A stretch of 64,000 nt of DNA. It comes from Candidatus Melainabacteria bacterium (GTDB lineage Bacteria > Cyanobacteriota > Vampirovibrionia > 2-02-FULL-35-15). A model generated the notes under the pieces. That model saw nothing but the letters and a program-made list of their open reading frames with translations, had not been told where the DNA came from and made no database searches. Of the stretch, positions 20,593 to 30,214 are shown piece after piece. Every line of letters begins with the position of its first letter. Position 1 is the stretch's first letter. The position numbers and the translations under genes were made by a program. The stretch lies in the NCBI GenBank assembly GCA_016193285.1, contig JACPSL010000002.1, forward strand, positions 1 through 64,000. Direction: 5' to 3'.

Positions 20593-21837
20593 ATGAATTA
20601 TAAAAAGAGGTTGATTGAGCCAGAAATATATAAACTTCTTAAAATCTTTCCTGTTGTTTCAATTACTGGACCAAGGCAATCAGGAAAAACAACCTTAATA
20701 AAAATAATTTCTAGTAAGTCAAAAAACTGGAAATATTATAATTTAGACAACAGGGAAATTTTGTTGAAGATAAAAGAAGATCCTTCTCTCTTTACAAACT
20801 CACTGAACTCTAACACAGCAATTGACGAAGCTCAAAAAGCTCCGGAATTATTCCATTCACTAAAAGAACTTGTCGATAGCGGATTTAAGCACAAAATTAT
20901 TATTTCAGGTTCTGCAAACTTTCTGCTTATGAAATCAATTACAGAATCTTTAGCAGGAAGAGTAGGCATTCTTGAATTACTGCCATTTTCTGTTTCAGAA
21001 GCTATCTCAAGCAGCAGCAAGAAGATAATAAAGCTTATGATTTCTTCTAAAGATATAATAAATTTTAAAAATAAGCTAGCCAGACTCAAGAAAACAAAGC
21101 AATCAGACATGTTGGAATTTATACTAAGAGGTGGATTTCCAAAAGTTCACGAACTAGATAAAAACCAGTCCAGCAAGTGGTTTGAATCATATATAAGCAC
21201 TTATATTGAAAAAGATTTAAGAGACTTATCTCAGATTGTAAATCTGGACAGTTTCCAGAAAGTATATAAAACTCTTGCTTTTCAGACAAGCAACATTTTA
21301 AACATAAATAACATTAGCTCAGATTTAGGAATCGATTCAAAGACTGTTAAAAAATATATTTCTCTTCTGGAGTCTTCATATCAGTGCAAATTAATTTATC
21401 CATTCTGTATGAAAGCAAACAAACAACTAGTTAAAAGACCTAAAGTACATTATCTGGATACAGGATTAATAAATTATTTTTATGAGAACCATACAAATGA
21501 GCAGATGCTCAATGGTGGAGAATGGGGAAAAATACTTGAGACATTTCTGTTTTCAGAGCTATACAAAGAAATAAAAGACATTACTCCAAAACCATCAATA
21601 AATTTTTGGAGAACAAGCAACGGTGCAGAAGTTGATTTTGTAATTGCCTCAGGGAAAAACATATACCCTATTGAAGTAAAATCAGGTTTTAAAATAAATC
21701 ATTATGAACTAAGAGGAATACAAAGCTTCATGGAAAGTTATCAAAATGTGCCTTTCGGAATTGTAATCTACAGAGGACAGGAACCAATATTAGTTGATAA
21801 AAAGATTATTGCCCTTCCATGGAATTTGGCTTTTTAA
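20593..21837 (+). CDS. AAA+ ATPase of the AAA_14 + DUF4143 family, copy 2
   Basis: Walker A ITGPRQSGKTT, the DUF4143 C-terminus (…GAEVDFVIAS…IEVKSG…). Confidence 0.8.
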   Translation: MNYKKRLIEPEIYKLLKIFPVVSITGPRQSGKTTLIKIISSKSKNWKYYNLDNREILLKIKEDPSLFTNSLNSNTAIDEAQKAPELFHSLKELVDSGFKHKIIISGSANFLLMKSITESLAGRVGILELLPFSVSEAISSSSKKIIKLMISSKDIINFKNKLARLKKTKQSDMLEFILRGGFPKVHELDKNQSSKWFESYISTYIEKDLRDLSQIVNLDSFQKVYKTLAFQTSNILNINNISSDLGIDSKTVKKYISLLESSYQCKLIYPFCMKANKQLVKRPKVHYLDTGLINYFYENHTNEQMLNGGEWGKILETFLFSELYKEIKDITPKPSINFWRTSNGAEVDFVIASGKNIYPIEVKSGFKINHYELRGIQSFMESYQNVPFGIVIYRGQEPILVDKKIIALPWNLAF

Positions 21838-21978
21838 GCTCTTTAACCGTACATTAACTTTTCAGCCTGCTACCTACTAGGCAGAAACGAAACGTTAAAT
21901 AGATAAACTATCAACTTTACTCTCTTACTTACTTTATATAGATGTAAACATTCAAAGTTTATTATTAAAGGATTTTAT

Positions 21979-22263
21979 ATGAGCGGAACAGGTTTTTTTA
22001 GTAATTCAGTTTTAAGTATTGTTGGCACAGCTGCAATATATGTAATTGGATTTAAAAATCCAGCTTTACTCAAAGCACTGGTAAAAAATCCATCCTTGAT
22101 TAGTAAAGAACTAGACGCATTTTATATTGGTACTAGATCTGCAAATAGAATCTTACAATATGAGAAAGATCACTTACCTCATAATATGTCTTCACTGCAA
22201 GCTCATCAAAATTCAATAACAACAACTCATAATGCTGGACACCACTTAGATCAAGCAGCATAG
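21979..22263 (+). CDS. hypothetical protein (94 aa)
   Basis: ORF only. Confidence 0.3.
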   Translation: MSGTGFFSNSVLSIVGTAAIYVIGFKNPALLKALVKNPSLISKELDAFYIGTRSANRILQYEKDHLPHNMSSLQAHQNSITTTHNAGHHLDQAA

Positions 22264-22290
22264 ATAATGTCTCAACCAAAAGATTGAATC

Positions 22291-22533
22291 TTAAATATAA
22301 CAATTAGCAAAACATGCAGAAACATTTCCGCAAGTCACAGTATGAAAGTAGTAGATTTTTTCATATTGATGACCAAGTAATTTTAAGATATGCTTATGAT
22401 AATCCCTAATATTTGTAACTTGAGTTTTAATAATGTTTGCAAGTTGCATGTAAACCACATGAATACCTTGAAATAGTTGATATATCCATCTCATTGTAGG
22501 TTTCTTGGTAGGCTTGTCTAGTTGATTTATCAC
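22291..22533 (-). CDS. hypothetical ORF (80 aa), possibly degraded mobile-element sequence
   Basis: ORF only. It lies immediately downstream of the transposase remnant. Confidence 0.2.
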   Translation of the reverse strand: MINQLDKPTKKPTMRWIYQLFQGIHVVYMQLANIIKTQVTNIRDYHKHILKLLGHQYEKIYYFHTVTCGNVSACFANCYI

Positions 22534-22609
22534 AATAGACTTATTGCGAAATCAAATGGAAGAGAAATAATTTTCTGTCAAACTTAAGTTTTCAATTTTT
22601 AATTACGTC

Positions 22610-22993
22610 ATGCAGCCTCCTTCTGATCAATGTGGTAGTTATTTAACCCACAAGCAATGAGCATAAATCTATCAGCTTTATCATTTCCCTTGTTTCTGTA
22701 GATATGAGAGACAGAATTGTATTTTTTTATGTGAGCAATGGCATGTTCATTTACAACTCTTCTTTTACTAATATTTTTATTAGTTTCTTTTTCTTCTTCT
22801 GTAAGTTCTTTACCTCAAGGCTTTTTTCTAGGCATTCTTACTTTCAGATTTGAATATTCTGTTGTAATTCCATCAAACCCTTTATCAACATTAGAAGTAA
22901 CATCAGGAGGAATACCCTGAAACTCTTTTACCGTTATACCTGTAAGTGATTTACAAATTGAATCGTTTTTTAGTCCGGATTTTGCATTAATCA
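22610..22993 (-). pseudogene. IS5/IS1182-like DDE transposase remnant (C-terminal part, interrupted by a stop or frameshift)
   Basis: The minus-strand translation gives …KELTEEEKETNKNISKRRVVNEHAIAHIKKYNSVSHIYRNKGNDKADRFMLIACGLNNYHI*. This matches the conserved C-terminal block of IS5-family transposases (LTeEekefNrrlSkiRvrVEh…K.f….YRN). The upstream piece MINAKSGL…PRKKP ends at an in-frame TGA. Confidence 0.5.
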
Positions 22994-23079
22994 TGAAAGT
23001 ATCTCCTTACACTTTCAGACTAATTGCCCTAACTTTTTGTGGCCTATCCTTATTCTTTTGTTACTATTCCGCAATAAGT

Positions 23080-23910
23080 CTAGTAAATAATATTTTCTAG
23101 CCCGTAAACTAAATGATCTAATCCCATAACTTTTTTAATGGCCATTAAAACTCCAGGCATAAATGCAGTACGGTCGTAAGTATCATGTCTTATTGTAAGT
23201 GTTTGTCCAGTCATGCCCATAATAATTTCTTGATTTGCAATTACTCCTGGCAAACGGACACTGTGTATATGAATATTTCCTTCTCCTACAGCTCCTCTTG
23301 CTCCTTTTATAGTTTCTTTGCTAGTAGAGCCATGCGGCCGCATGGCTCTACTTCCAAATAATTTTCTGTTTTCAGCCATAAGTTCAGCTGACTTTATAGA
23401 AGTACCACTTGGTGCATCTAACTTCTTATCGTGATGGTACTCAATAATTTCTGCATTGGCAAAATATTTACTGGCTTCCTTTGCAAATTTCATCATAAGT
23501 ACTGCACCTACTGCAAAGTTTGGTGCAACAATTGCACCAATAGCATTTTGTTTTGCAATTTTTGAGAGCTCGTTAACATCATCTTTTGTCATTCCAGTAG
23601 TTCCAATAACAACACGAACACCAGCTTTTAAGGCAACTTGAGCATTTACAATTACAATTTCAGGCATTGTAAAATCTACCATTACATTAGGATTAGATTT
23701 AACAAGTGTTTCTTTTAAATCACCGGTAAGTTTTACACCAGTCTCATCTATTCCACATAGTAAGCCAATATCTTTTCCTAAATTTGGATTGCCTGATCTA
23801 TCAACACCACCAACTAGTTTTAAATCTGCTTCTGCAGATACTGCTCTTACAACAGCTTGTCCCATCTTTCCAGCTGCACCACAAACTAATACTTTTATAT
23901 CTTTTGGCAT
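23080..23910 (-). CDS. dapB: 4-hydroxy-tetrahydrodipicolinate reductase
   Basis: N-terminal NAD(P)-binding VLVCGAAGKMGQAVV. The signature is EIIEYHHDKKLDAPSGTS. Length 276 aa. Confidence 0.9.
   Translation of the reverse strand: MPKDIKVLVCGAAGKMGQAVVRAVSAEADLKLVGGVDRSGNPNLGKDIGLLCGIDETGVKLTGDLKETLVKSNPNVMVDFTMPEIVIVNAQVALKAGVRVVIGTTGMTKDDVNELSKIAKQNAIGAIVAPNFAVGAVLMMKFAKEASKYFANAEIIEYHHDKKLDAPSGTSIKSAELMAENRKLFGSRAMRPHGSTSKETIKGARGAVGEGNIHIHSVRLPGVIANQEIIMGMTGQTLTIRHDTYDRTAFMPGVLMAIKKVMGLDHLVYGLENIIY
23323..23352. repeat. 28-30 bp perfect palindrome GTAGAGCCATGCGGCCGCATGGCTCTAC (contains a NotI site) inside dapB, in frame
   Basis: Seen directly. It is GC-rich in an AT-rich gene and encodes SRAMRPHGST. 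Confidence 0.6.
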
Positions 23911-23917
23911 ATAAAAA

Positions 23918-24283
23918 TTATAACAAGACTACAACTTCATCAGGGATATTATTTTTATCTACATGGATGATCTTTGGCTTAAAGTTTTTTACTTCTTCTT
24001 CATTAAGTTGTGCATAGCTAACAATTATTACAATATCTTCAGTTTTTATTTTATGACTTGCTGCACCGTTTACACAAATAGTGCCAGAGTTCTTAGAACC
24101 AGATATTGCATATGTTATGAGCCTTTCTCCATTTGTAATGTTTAGAACTTGAATTTGTTCATATTCTTTTATGTTTGCCAGTTCCATTAAGTATGAATCA
24201 ATAGTTAAGCTACCAATGTAATTAAGATTAGACTTAGTAACTGTTGCACGGTGGATTTTACTTTTTAAGAATGTTCTAAGCAT
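23918..24283 (-). CDS. panD: aspartate 1-decarboxylase
   Basis: [16 protein letters not shown]…YIGS LTID is the pyruvoyl-enzyme pattern with the Gly-Ser self-cleavage site. The ORF track extends to 24316, but MLRT is the likely start. Confidence 0.85.
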   Translation of the reverse strand: MLRTFLKSKIHRATVTKSNLNYIGSLTIDSYLMELANIKEYEQIQVLNITNGERLITYAISGSKNSGTICVNGAASHKIKTEDIVIIVSYAQLNEEEVKNFKPKIIHVDKNNIPDEVVVLL

Positions 24284-25043
24284 TAAAAATCTCTCTTTGC
24301 ATTGACATAGTATCAATTTTATCTGCTGATAGTTTTTTTAAACTTCTTATTGTCAATTTGCCTTGTAAGTTTAAGTCTTCACTTAGTTTTTTAATCAATC
24401 CATAAATGTCGATTTCAGAAATTGGTTTGCCTTTTTCATTTAAAAATAAGCTTAAACAGTTACTTGAACTAGCTAAATTAGCTCTAACTTCAAGCAAATA
24501 TTCCCTAAGCAAGGTAAATATTTCATGTGGCAGATAAATTTTCTCTGTATCAGATAAATCAATCACTTTGTTTTCAAAGTCAACTTGAAAAGTATTTACC
24601 CGTGCAATTTGTGTTGCAGAAAGCCCTAACTTACCAATTAGTAATAAAATTAACCTTTGATCAATTCTTAACTTGGTGTCTTCAATAATTTTCTTAATGT
24701 CATTTTTTTCAAGCTCATTTTCTTCTGTTTTAAAAAATGTTGCTTGGTTAGTAACTATTAATGAATAGTTAGCTGGTATAAGCTTGTGAATGTATAAGTA
24801 TCTTAAAAAGAGCCTAAATGTTGATGCTCTTCTATTAAAAGAGTTTTGTTCTTTGTTTGTTTCTTCTAAATGCTTTAAGTAACTTTTTACCCAGCCTTGG
24901 TTTATGTCTTGAAGTTGTGTGTTTGTAGAAACAACATATTCTAAAAATTCATTTAAGTCACTTTTATAAGCAGCTTTCGTATTCAAAGAAAATTTTTGAT
25001 CTTCTAGAATTTGGTTTATAAATTGTTCAATAATTTCTTTCAC
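24276..25043 (-). CDS. XerC/XerD-like protein with the N-terminal core-binding domain but apparently without the catalytic Tyr / HxxR
   Basis: The N-terminus [32 protein letters not shown] matches the recombinase SAM-like domain. The C-terminal half aligns weakly with the catalytic domain, but I cannot find the R…HxxR…Y residues, and the protein ends early at 255 aa. Confidence 0.45.
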   Translation of the reverse strand: MKEIIEQFINQILEDQKFSLNTKAAYKSDLNEFLEYVVSTNTQLQDINQGWVKSYLKHLEETNKEQNSFNRRASTFRLFLRYLYIHKLIPANYSLIVTNQATFFKTEENELEKNDIKKIIEDTKLRIDQRLILLLIGKLGLSATQIARVNTFQVDFENKVIDLSDTEKIYLPHEIFTLLREYLLEVRANLASSSNCLSLFLNEKGKPISEIDIYGLIKKLSEDLNLQGKLTIRSLKKLSADKIDTMSMQREIFNA

Positions 25044-25414
25044 TGTAAATAAAATGCGTTTTTAATATGTTCGAGCTTATTGCCTTCTTGACTAATTTTA
25101 ATAGCAATTACATCAAATCTGCAAGCTGTATTTTCAAGATTAGTTAAATGTAAATAAGCTGTTGCTAGTTTGTATAGCTGTCTTTGTTTTTTCTTTGTTA
25201 CAAGTTCTTTTGCTTCATCAAGGCTTGTAGTTCTGGATTTTACTTCTATAAAAACAAGCTCATTTTTATTTGGATCTTTTGCAATAATATCAATTTCACC
25301 ATACTTTCCAGATCTCCAATTTTGTTTTAGAATTAAAAATTTATTTTTTCTTAAATAATCACAAGCAAGCTTTTCGCCTTGTTTGCCAAGTTTGTGGTTT
25401 GTGGTCATTCTCAA
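25040..25414 (-). CDS. yraN: YraN-family (UPF0102) endonuclease-like protein
   Basis: KLGKQGEKLACDYLRKNKF…GEIDIIAKD…LVFIEVKSR is the PD-(D/E)xK YraN pattern. Length 124 aa. Confidence 0.75.
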   Translation of the reverse strand: MRMTTNHKLGKQGEKLACDYLRKNKFLILKQNWRSGKYGEIDIIAKDPNKNELVFIEVKSRTTSLDEAKELVTKKKQRQLYKLATAYLHLTNLENTACRFDVIAIKISQEGNKLEHIKNAFYLQ

Positions 25415-25421
25415 TTCTCAA

Positions 25422-25883
25422 TTATTTTCCCGTGCTTCCAAATCCACCACTACCTCTTTTTGTTTCTTCTTGAAGTCCTTCAACGAATTCAGTACTAACG
25501 TGTACAACTGGTGAAATGACTAATTGTGCAATTCGATCATTTGGTTGAATTGTATAAGATTCATCTCCAAGATTTATCATAAGACAACAAATCTCTCCAC
25601 GGTAATCACTGTCAACTGTTCCAACACAATTGGTAAGTGTAATTCCATGTTTACTTGCAAGTCCTGATCGTGGTCTTACTTGACCTTCATAACCAGGAGG
25701 CAAAATCATAATTAATCCTGTTGGTACTTTTGCACGTTCGCCTGGTTTTAATGTAAGTGGTTCTTCAAGTACATTTACTAAATCCATTCCACTAGCACCT
25801 TCTGTAGCATAAAAAGGAAGCTTTGCTTTAGGATGGATTTTTACAAATTGAACAGTTAATTTTTTTTCTGTGAAGGTTAGCAT
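25422..25883 (-). CDS. dut: dUTP diphosphatase
   Basis: ATEGASGMDL, RSGLA and GTVDSDYRGEI motifs. Length 153 aa. Confidence 0.9.
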   Translation of the reverse strand: MLTFTEKKLTVQFVKIHPKAKLPFYATEGASGMDLVNVLEEPLTLKPGERAKVPTGLIMILPPGYEGQVRPRSGLASKHGITLTNCVGTVDSDYRGEICCLMINLGDESYTIQPNDRIAQLVISPVVHVSTEFVEGLQEETKRGSGGFGSTGK

Positions 25884-25892
25884 GGTGTTATT

Positions 25893-27854
25893 TTACACTA
25901 TTTCCTTTACTGGTTCCTTATTCATTAATTCTATTGCTTCTTTTGCAAGATCAATAATTTGTGGATTCATATACGGTGCATTTTTAATATGACGCAAAAG
26001 ATCCATTGTCCTTCTTGTTGCACGAACAAGATCCCCCTCGTCTAAATTAGTAAGTCTAAGTAGATCTTCCCATCTTGTTTCTTCTTTACACCAAATTTCT
26101 ATTAAACCTGCAAGCTGAGGATTTATGTTTGCTGACATTTCTATATTGTAGTTTCTTTGAAGCTTAATTAAACTCTTGCTTATCTTCTGCATTGAAATAA
26201 AAGTATCTTCTACGTTTATTGATTGTTTTGCTCTTATATATATTCGAGGACGAGTCTCATCAATAGCAAGAGATGAAATGCATGCAGAGAATTCCTGTGG
26301 CTGTAGAACAAAATCACATTTCAATAATATCTCACTAATTAACAAAATATTTTCACCACGCAATGATGATGCCATTATTCCATGCTCAGTTGGAATATTG
26401 TCTTTTAAGTAACCAAGCTTAGTTAAAACCTTTGTTAAATTTAAAAATCCATCCCAATAAAAATCCTCATGACTGCTAAGCAAATATTGCCCAAAGCTTT
26501 TATTTAAAAGATCTTTTATTTGATCCATTGAATGATGTTGCAGAAGATTTAACGCCATTGAATAGTTTGGAGTAAACTGACTAGTAAGAGGATTAGCTGT
26601 AGCTGCTGCTAGTTTTGCAGCAAATGCTGGTGAATGATCAATAGTTTCTTTAATTACAACATTTCCAACTTTATCCATTCCTCTGCGTCCAGCTCTGCCA
26701 GACATTTGTAAAAATTCATTGCTTGTAAGATTCTTATGTCCCGCGCCTCCATGCTTTCCAAGATTACTTATCACAGTTGTTTTTGCTGGCATATTGATTC
26801 CTGCAGCAAGTGTTTCAGTTGCAAAGACAACCTTGATTAGACCTTTGCTAAAAAGTTCTTCTACAATTGTTTTCCATTGAGGTAAAAGTCCTGCATGGTG
26901 TACTGCCATTCCTTGATATAAAAACCCAAGATGTTTGTGTTTAAAAAGGTAATCATTCCCATATGTTTTTTCTTGAATTAGCTTTGATAATGTTTTTCTT
27001 TCATCTAGCGTCAGTAAATTAAAACCTAATTGTTGGCAATCTTTTAATGCAAGCTCACAACCTCGTCTTGAAAAAACAAAATAAATTGCAGGCAAAAGTC
27101 CTCTCTTATGAAGTTCTATTACTACATCAGGGATTCTTCCTTCCTTGCTACCTTTTCTTTTCATATCTTTAAACTTCTGCTTATGTGCTTTAAAAGAATC
27201 TTTATGGATTTTAAGTTGTGGATTTAACTCTTTATTTTGTAACAGTAATGGATAGAGATGGTTTTGTTTAAAATAATAAAACCTAAGTGGGACTGGTCTA
27301 TGAAAAGTTTCTATTAGTTTTGTTTTATTATGTATATTTGAAATCCAGTCTGTAAGCTCTTTTGCGTTTGCTATTGTAGCTGAAAGTGCAAGTACCTGAA
27401 GACCTGGTGGAGAATAAATTATGCTTTCTTCCCATACAGTTCCTCGCTCAGGGTCATTCATATAGTGACATTCATCTAAAACTAAGTATCTTAAGTGTTT
27501 TAAGTTTTCATCTACAGAGCCAAGCACTGTACCATAGAGCATATTTCTATAAATCTCTGTAGTCATAACAACAATTTGTGCATCACTGTTAACTGAAGTA
27601 TCACCAGTAATTATTCCAATATTTTCTTTGCCATATTTTTTCTGAAAGTCATGAAACTTTTGATTGCTCAGTGCTTTAAGCGGAGTCGTATAAAAAACTC
27701 TCTCACTTCCTTTTAAAGCTTCTTCAATAACAAACTCTGCAATTGCAGTTTTCCCGGATCCAGTAGGAGCGCTAACTACAACACTAACTCCAGATTTAAG
27801 AGCATTAATTGCTTCTTCTTGAAAAGGATCGAGGGTGAAGATGGCTGTCATCAT
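25893..27854 (-). CDS. superfamily-2 DEAD/DEAH-box (Ski2-like) helicase
   Basis: Motif I APTGSGKT, motif II DECH, motif III SAT and motif VI QMSGRAGRRG. Its start overlaps the AbiEii stop (TAATG). Confidence 0.75.
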   Translation of the reverse strand: MMTAIFTLDPFQEEAINALKSGVSVVVSAPTGSGKTAIAEFVIEEALKGSERVFYTTPLKALSNQKFHDFQKKYGKENIGIITGDTSVNSDAQIVVMTTEIYRNMLYGTVLGSVDENLKHLRYLVLDECHYMNDPERGTVWEESIIYSPPGLQVLALSATIANAKELTDWISNIHNKTKLIETFHRPVPLRFYYFKQNHLYPLLLQNKELNPQLKIHKDSFKAHKQKFKDMKRKGSKEGRIPDVVIELHKRGLLPAIYFVFSRRGCELALKDCQQLGFNLLTLDERKTLSKLIQEKTYGNDYLFKHKHLGFLYQGMAVHHAGLLPQWKTIVEELFSKGLIKVVFATETLAAGINMPAKTTVISNLGKHGGAGHKNLTSNEFLQMSGRAGRRGMDKVGNVVIKETIDHSPAFAAKLAAATANPLTSQFTPNYSMALNLLQHHSMDQIKDLLNKSFGQYLLSSHEDFYWDGFLNLTKVLTKLGYLKDNIPTEHGIMASSLRGENILLISEILLKCDFVLQPQEFSACISSLAIDETRPRIYIRAKQSINVEDTFISMQKISKSLIKLQRNYNIEMSANINPQLAGLIEIWCKEETRWEDLLRLTNLDEGDLVRATRRTMDLLRHIKNAPYMNPQIIDLAKEAIELMNKEPVKEIV

Positions 27855-28540
27855 TAACTCTCAAGTTTTACTCTCATCAAAAACACCACATCTTTTTTTA
27901 AGTTTTTCCTTGTCCATTCTTTTGTCTTTTCGTCCAGTAGTTCACCAATTCCCTGAAGAATATATTTTTCGTTTATTTTGTTTATAATTTCAATACATTG
28001 TTTTATGTATTCTTTAAGTGAAAGTCCTTTTCTCTTTTTAATTATTGTTTCATTTATATCCCAATTGTTTTTCAAGAAAAACCATATGTCGAAAATATCT
28101 CTGCTTGCTAGTTCTCTTCTATCAGACAGTGCACAGAGTTTATGTGCAAACATATCTTCTTTTATCATTACAAGCATAGAAATACCAAGATAATTTTTTA
28201 ATTCATATTTAGAGCCAAAATCTCTTCTGTTTATTTCCACCTTTATTTTTTGAGATCCTTTTGCGTAAGATAGTAGAAAAAATATAGTGTGTCTCTTTAA
28301 AAACTTGTCCTTGATTTCACCATATTCTTTAATTATGGCTTCAATCTTTTGAAAAACAAGTTCCTCTTTTTCTGAGTCAAGCAAATCAAAATCCAGATCA
28401 ACTGAGAACCTTTTAAGATCATAGAAAAGATAAGCAGCCGTCCCTCCTTTAAAGCCAAGAAGCGGACCTAAAGAAGTATCTGAATAAATCTCTTTAAGTA
28501 TTTGAAGTAGCATTGTTCTGTGTTTATTTATGTCCAGCAT
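27854..28540 (-). CDS. AbiEii/AbiGii-family nucleotidyltransferase toxin (type IV TA / abortive infection)
   Basis: LGFKGGTAAYLFYDLKRFSVDLDFDLL matches the DUF1814/AbiEii GGTAL…R.S.DlDf motif. It overlaps the upstream antitoxin gene by 17 bp. Confidence 0.75.
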   Translation of the reverse strand: MLDINKHRTMLLQILKEIYSDTSLGPLLGFKGGTAAYLFYDLKRFSVDLDFDLLDSEKEELVFQKIEAIIKEYGEIKDKFLKRHTIFFLLSYAKGSQKIKVEINRRDFGSKYELKNYLGISMLVMIKEDMFAHKLCALSDRRELASRDIFDIWFFLKNNWDINETIIKKRKGLSLKEYIKQCIEIINKINEKYILQGIGELLDEKTKEWTRKNLKKDVVFLMRVKLES

Positions 28541-29093
28541 ATTTCTTTAATCTCTTAGCAAGGTTTTTATTTTTATAAATAGGAAGAATTTGAAAGCAAA
28601 GATCCCACTTTATAGGTTTTAGATTGTCAAAGTAATATTCTCCATAAAGATAAAGGGTATCAAGAAATGCTCTTTCTTTAGATGCCACAAAGTATCCTTC
28701 CATTTTTTCAAGACCGGTTTTATTACTTAAAACAATATCTTTAATTTTTTTATAGACAATTCTGTTACCTCCACATGTTATTTCTCTTGTTTGATAACTG
28801 ATTACAAAAATACTTTTGTGGTATTGAAATATTATTCCTTCTTCTTCTAGAATAGTTTGAAGGCTAACATATGATGGTGTGTAAATTTTAGTTCCTAGTT
28901 CAAGCCTGTCATAGTTCTTGTCTTTAGCATAAATTCCCCTTCTTATTGCATACAACTTGCCGGTTTTTACATAGTAATTAATCTTACTTTTTACAAGATC
29001 TGTTTCTGTTTCACCCCAGATTAATGAGATATCTTTAAAAGTAAAGACCGTGTTTTTGGAGCTATATATTTTTAAAATATCAGATTTATCCAT
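28524..29093 (-). CDS. AbiEi-family antitoxin / transcriptional regulator
   Basis: N-terminal wHTH-like region (…FTFKDISLIWGETETDLVKSKINYYVKTGKLYAIRRGIY…). It is located and overlapping as the first gene of an AbiE pair. Confidence 0.65.
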   Translation of the reverse strand: MDKSDILKIYSSKNTVFTFKDISLIWGETETDLVKSKINYYVKTGKLYAIRRGIYAKDKNYDRLELGTKIYTPSYVSLQTILEEEGIIFQYHKSIFVISYQTREITCGGNRIVYKKIKDIVLSNKTGLEKMEGYFVASKERAFLDTLYLYGEYYFDNLKPIKWDLCFQILPIYKNKNLAKRLKKYAGHK

Positions 29094-29101
29094 GTTTATA
29101 G

Positions 29102-29132
29102 GCTAAAGGTAAGAATATTTCTTACCTTTAGC
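29102..29132. promoter_or_regulatory. 31-bp palindrome GCTAAAGGTAAGAA-TAT-TTCTTACCTTTAGC, 9 bp upstream of the abiEi start
   Basis: Seen directly as perfect 14-bp arms. AbiEi antitoxins are known autorepressors that bind inverted repeats, so this is a candidate operator. Confidence 0.45.
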
Positions 29133-29234
29133 TCAAATTATAACATATACACTGCTTTCTGTACGATTTTGTATCAAAAGCTGAAAATATATGTTTAGAG
29201 CTATAATATTTCTTGATTATAAGGAGTAAGCATC

Positions 29235-30095
29235 ATGATTCTCATCACAAACTACATCTCAATGATTATTTTCTTTGTTATTTCTGGCTTAGGTTTTGTT
29301 TTTCTTTCGCCATTAATGATGGTTAAACCCATTATGGGTTCAGTGCTTTTTAGCTTAGTGTTTATTGTTGCTTTATTTATTTCATCTGGGATAAAAATTG
29401 CAGCTCAATGGGAAAAGGCAGTTGTGTTCAGGCTTGGGAAATATAGTTCTATAAAAGGTCCAGGAGTATTTTTTATTATTCCAATGATTGACGAAATTAG
29501 AATAGTAGACACAAGAATCCTTACAATGGATATTCCAAAACAGCAAGTAATTACGAAAGACAATGTACCAGTTTCAATAAATGGTGTTTTATATTTTTTA
29601 GTTAGTAACCCTGAAGCAGCAGTTATAAAAGTTCAAAATTATTCATATGCAATTTCCCAGTATGCTCAGGCAGCTTTAAGAGATGTAGTAGGAGGAATGA
29701 CTTTTGATGATCTGCTGGCTGAACGTGAACAAATTGGGAAATCAATTGAATCAATTGTTGAAAAAGAATCAAAAGAATGGGGACTTGAAGTTAAAGGAAT
29801 TAAAATCCAGGATGTAGATGTTCCGGAAGATTTAAAGAAAATGATGTCACGTCAAGCATCAGCTGAGCGGGAAAAGCGAGCTACAATTACAAAAGCAGAA
29901 GGTGATAAACTTGCTGCAATGAATCTTGCAGAAGCAGCAAAGACAATGTCAATGAGCCCTGGTGCAATGCAGCTTCGAACTTTACAAACAATAGATGGGC
30001 TTGGGCCTACTGCATCAAATACAGTAGTACTCGCAGTACCAGTGGAACTTTATGATCTTGTAAGAAAGTTTGCAAGCAATCAAAGTAAATCCTAA
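29235..30095 (+). CDS. SPFH/band-7 (stomatin/prohibitin-like) membrane protein
   Basis: N-terminal TM segments, then the band-7 core (…VFRLGKYSSIKGPGVFFIIPMIDEIRIVDTR…) and a coiled-coil C-terminus. Confidence 0.8.
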   Translation: MILITNYISMIIFFVISGLGFVFLSPLMMVKPIMGSVLFSLVFIVALFISSGIKIAAQWEKAVVFRLGKYSSIKGPGVFFIIPMIDEIRIVDTRILTMDIPKQQVITKDNVPVSINGVLYFLVSNPEAAVIKVQNYSYAISQYAQAALRDVVGGMTFDDLLAEREQIGKSIESIVEKESKEWGLEVKGIKIQDVDVPEDLKKMMSRQASAEREKRATITKAEGDKLAAMNLAEAAKTMSMSPGAMQLRTLQTIDGLGPTASNTVVLAVPVELYDLVRKFASNQSKS

Positions 30096-30140
30096 AAGAA
30101 AGCTATAATATAAATTAAACTGATCTCTGATTCTCTAGAA

Positions 30141-30214
30141 CGGGCCGTGGCTCAGCTTGGTAGAGCACTTCCTTGGGGTGGAAGGGGTCGAGAGTTCAAA
30201 TCTCTCCGGTCCGA
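30141..30214 (+). tRNA. tRNA-Pro (anticodon GGG)
   Basis: Folded by hand. Acceptor CGGGCCG/CGGTCCG, D-stem GCTC/GAGC, anticodon stem CTTCC/GGAAG, anticodon loop TTGGGGT, T-arm GAGAG TTCAAAT CTCTC and discriminator A. Confidence 0.85.
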
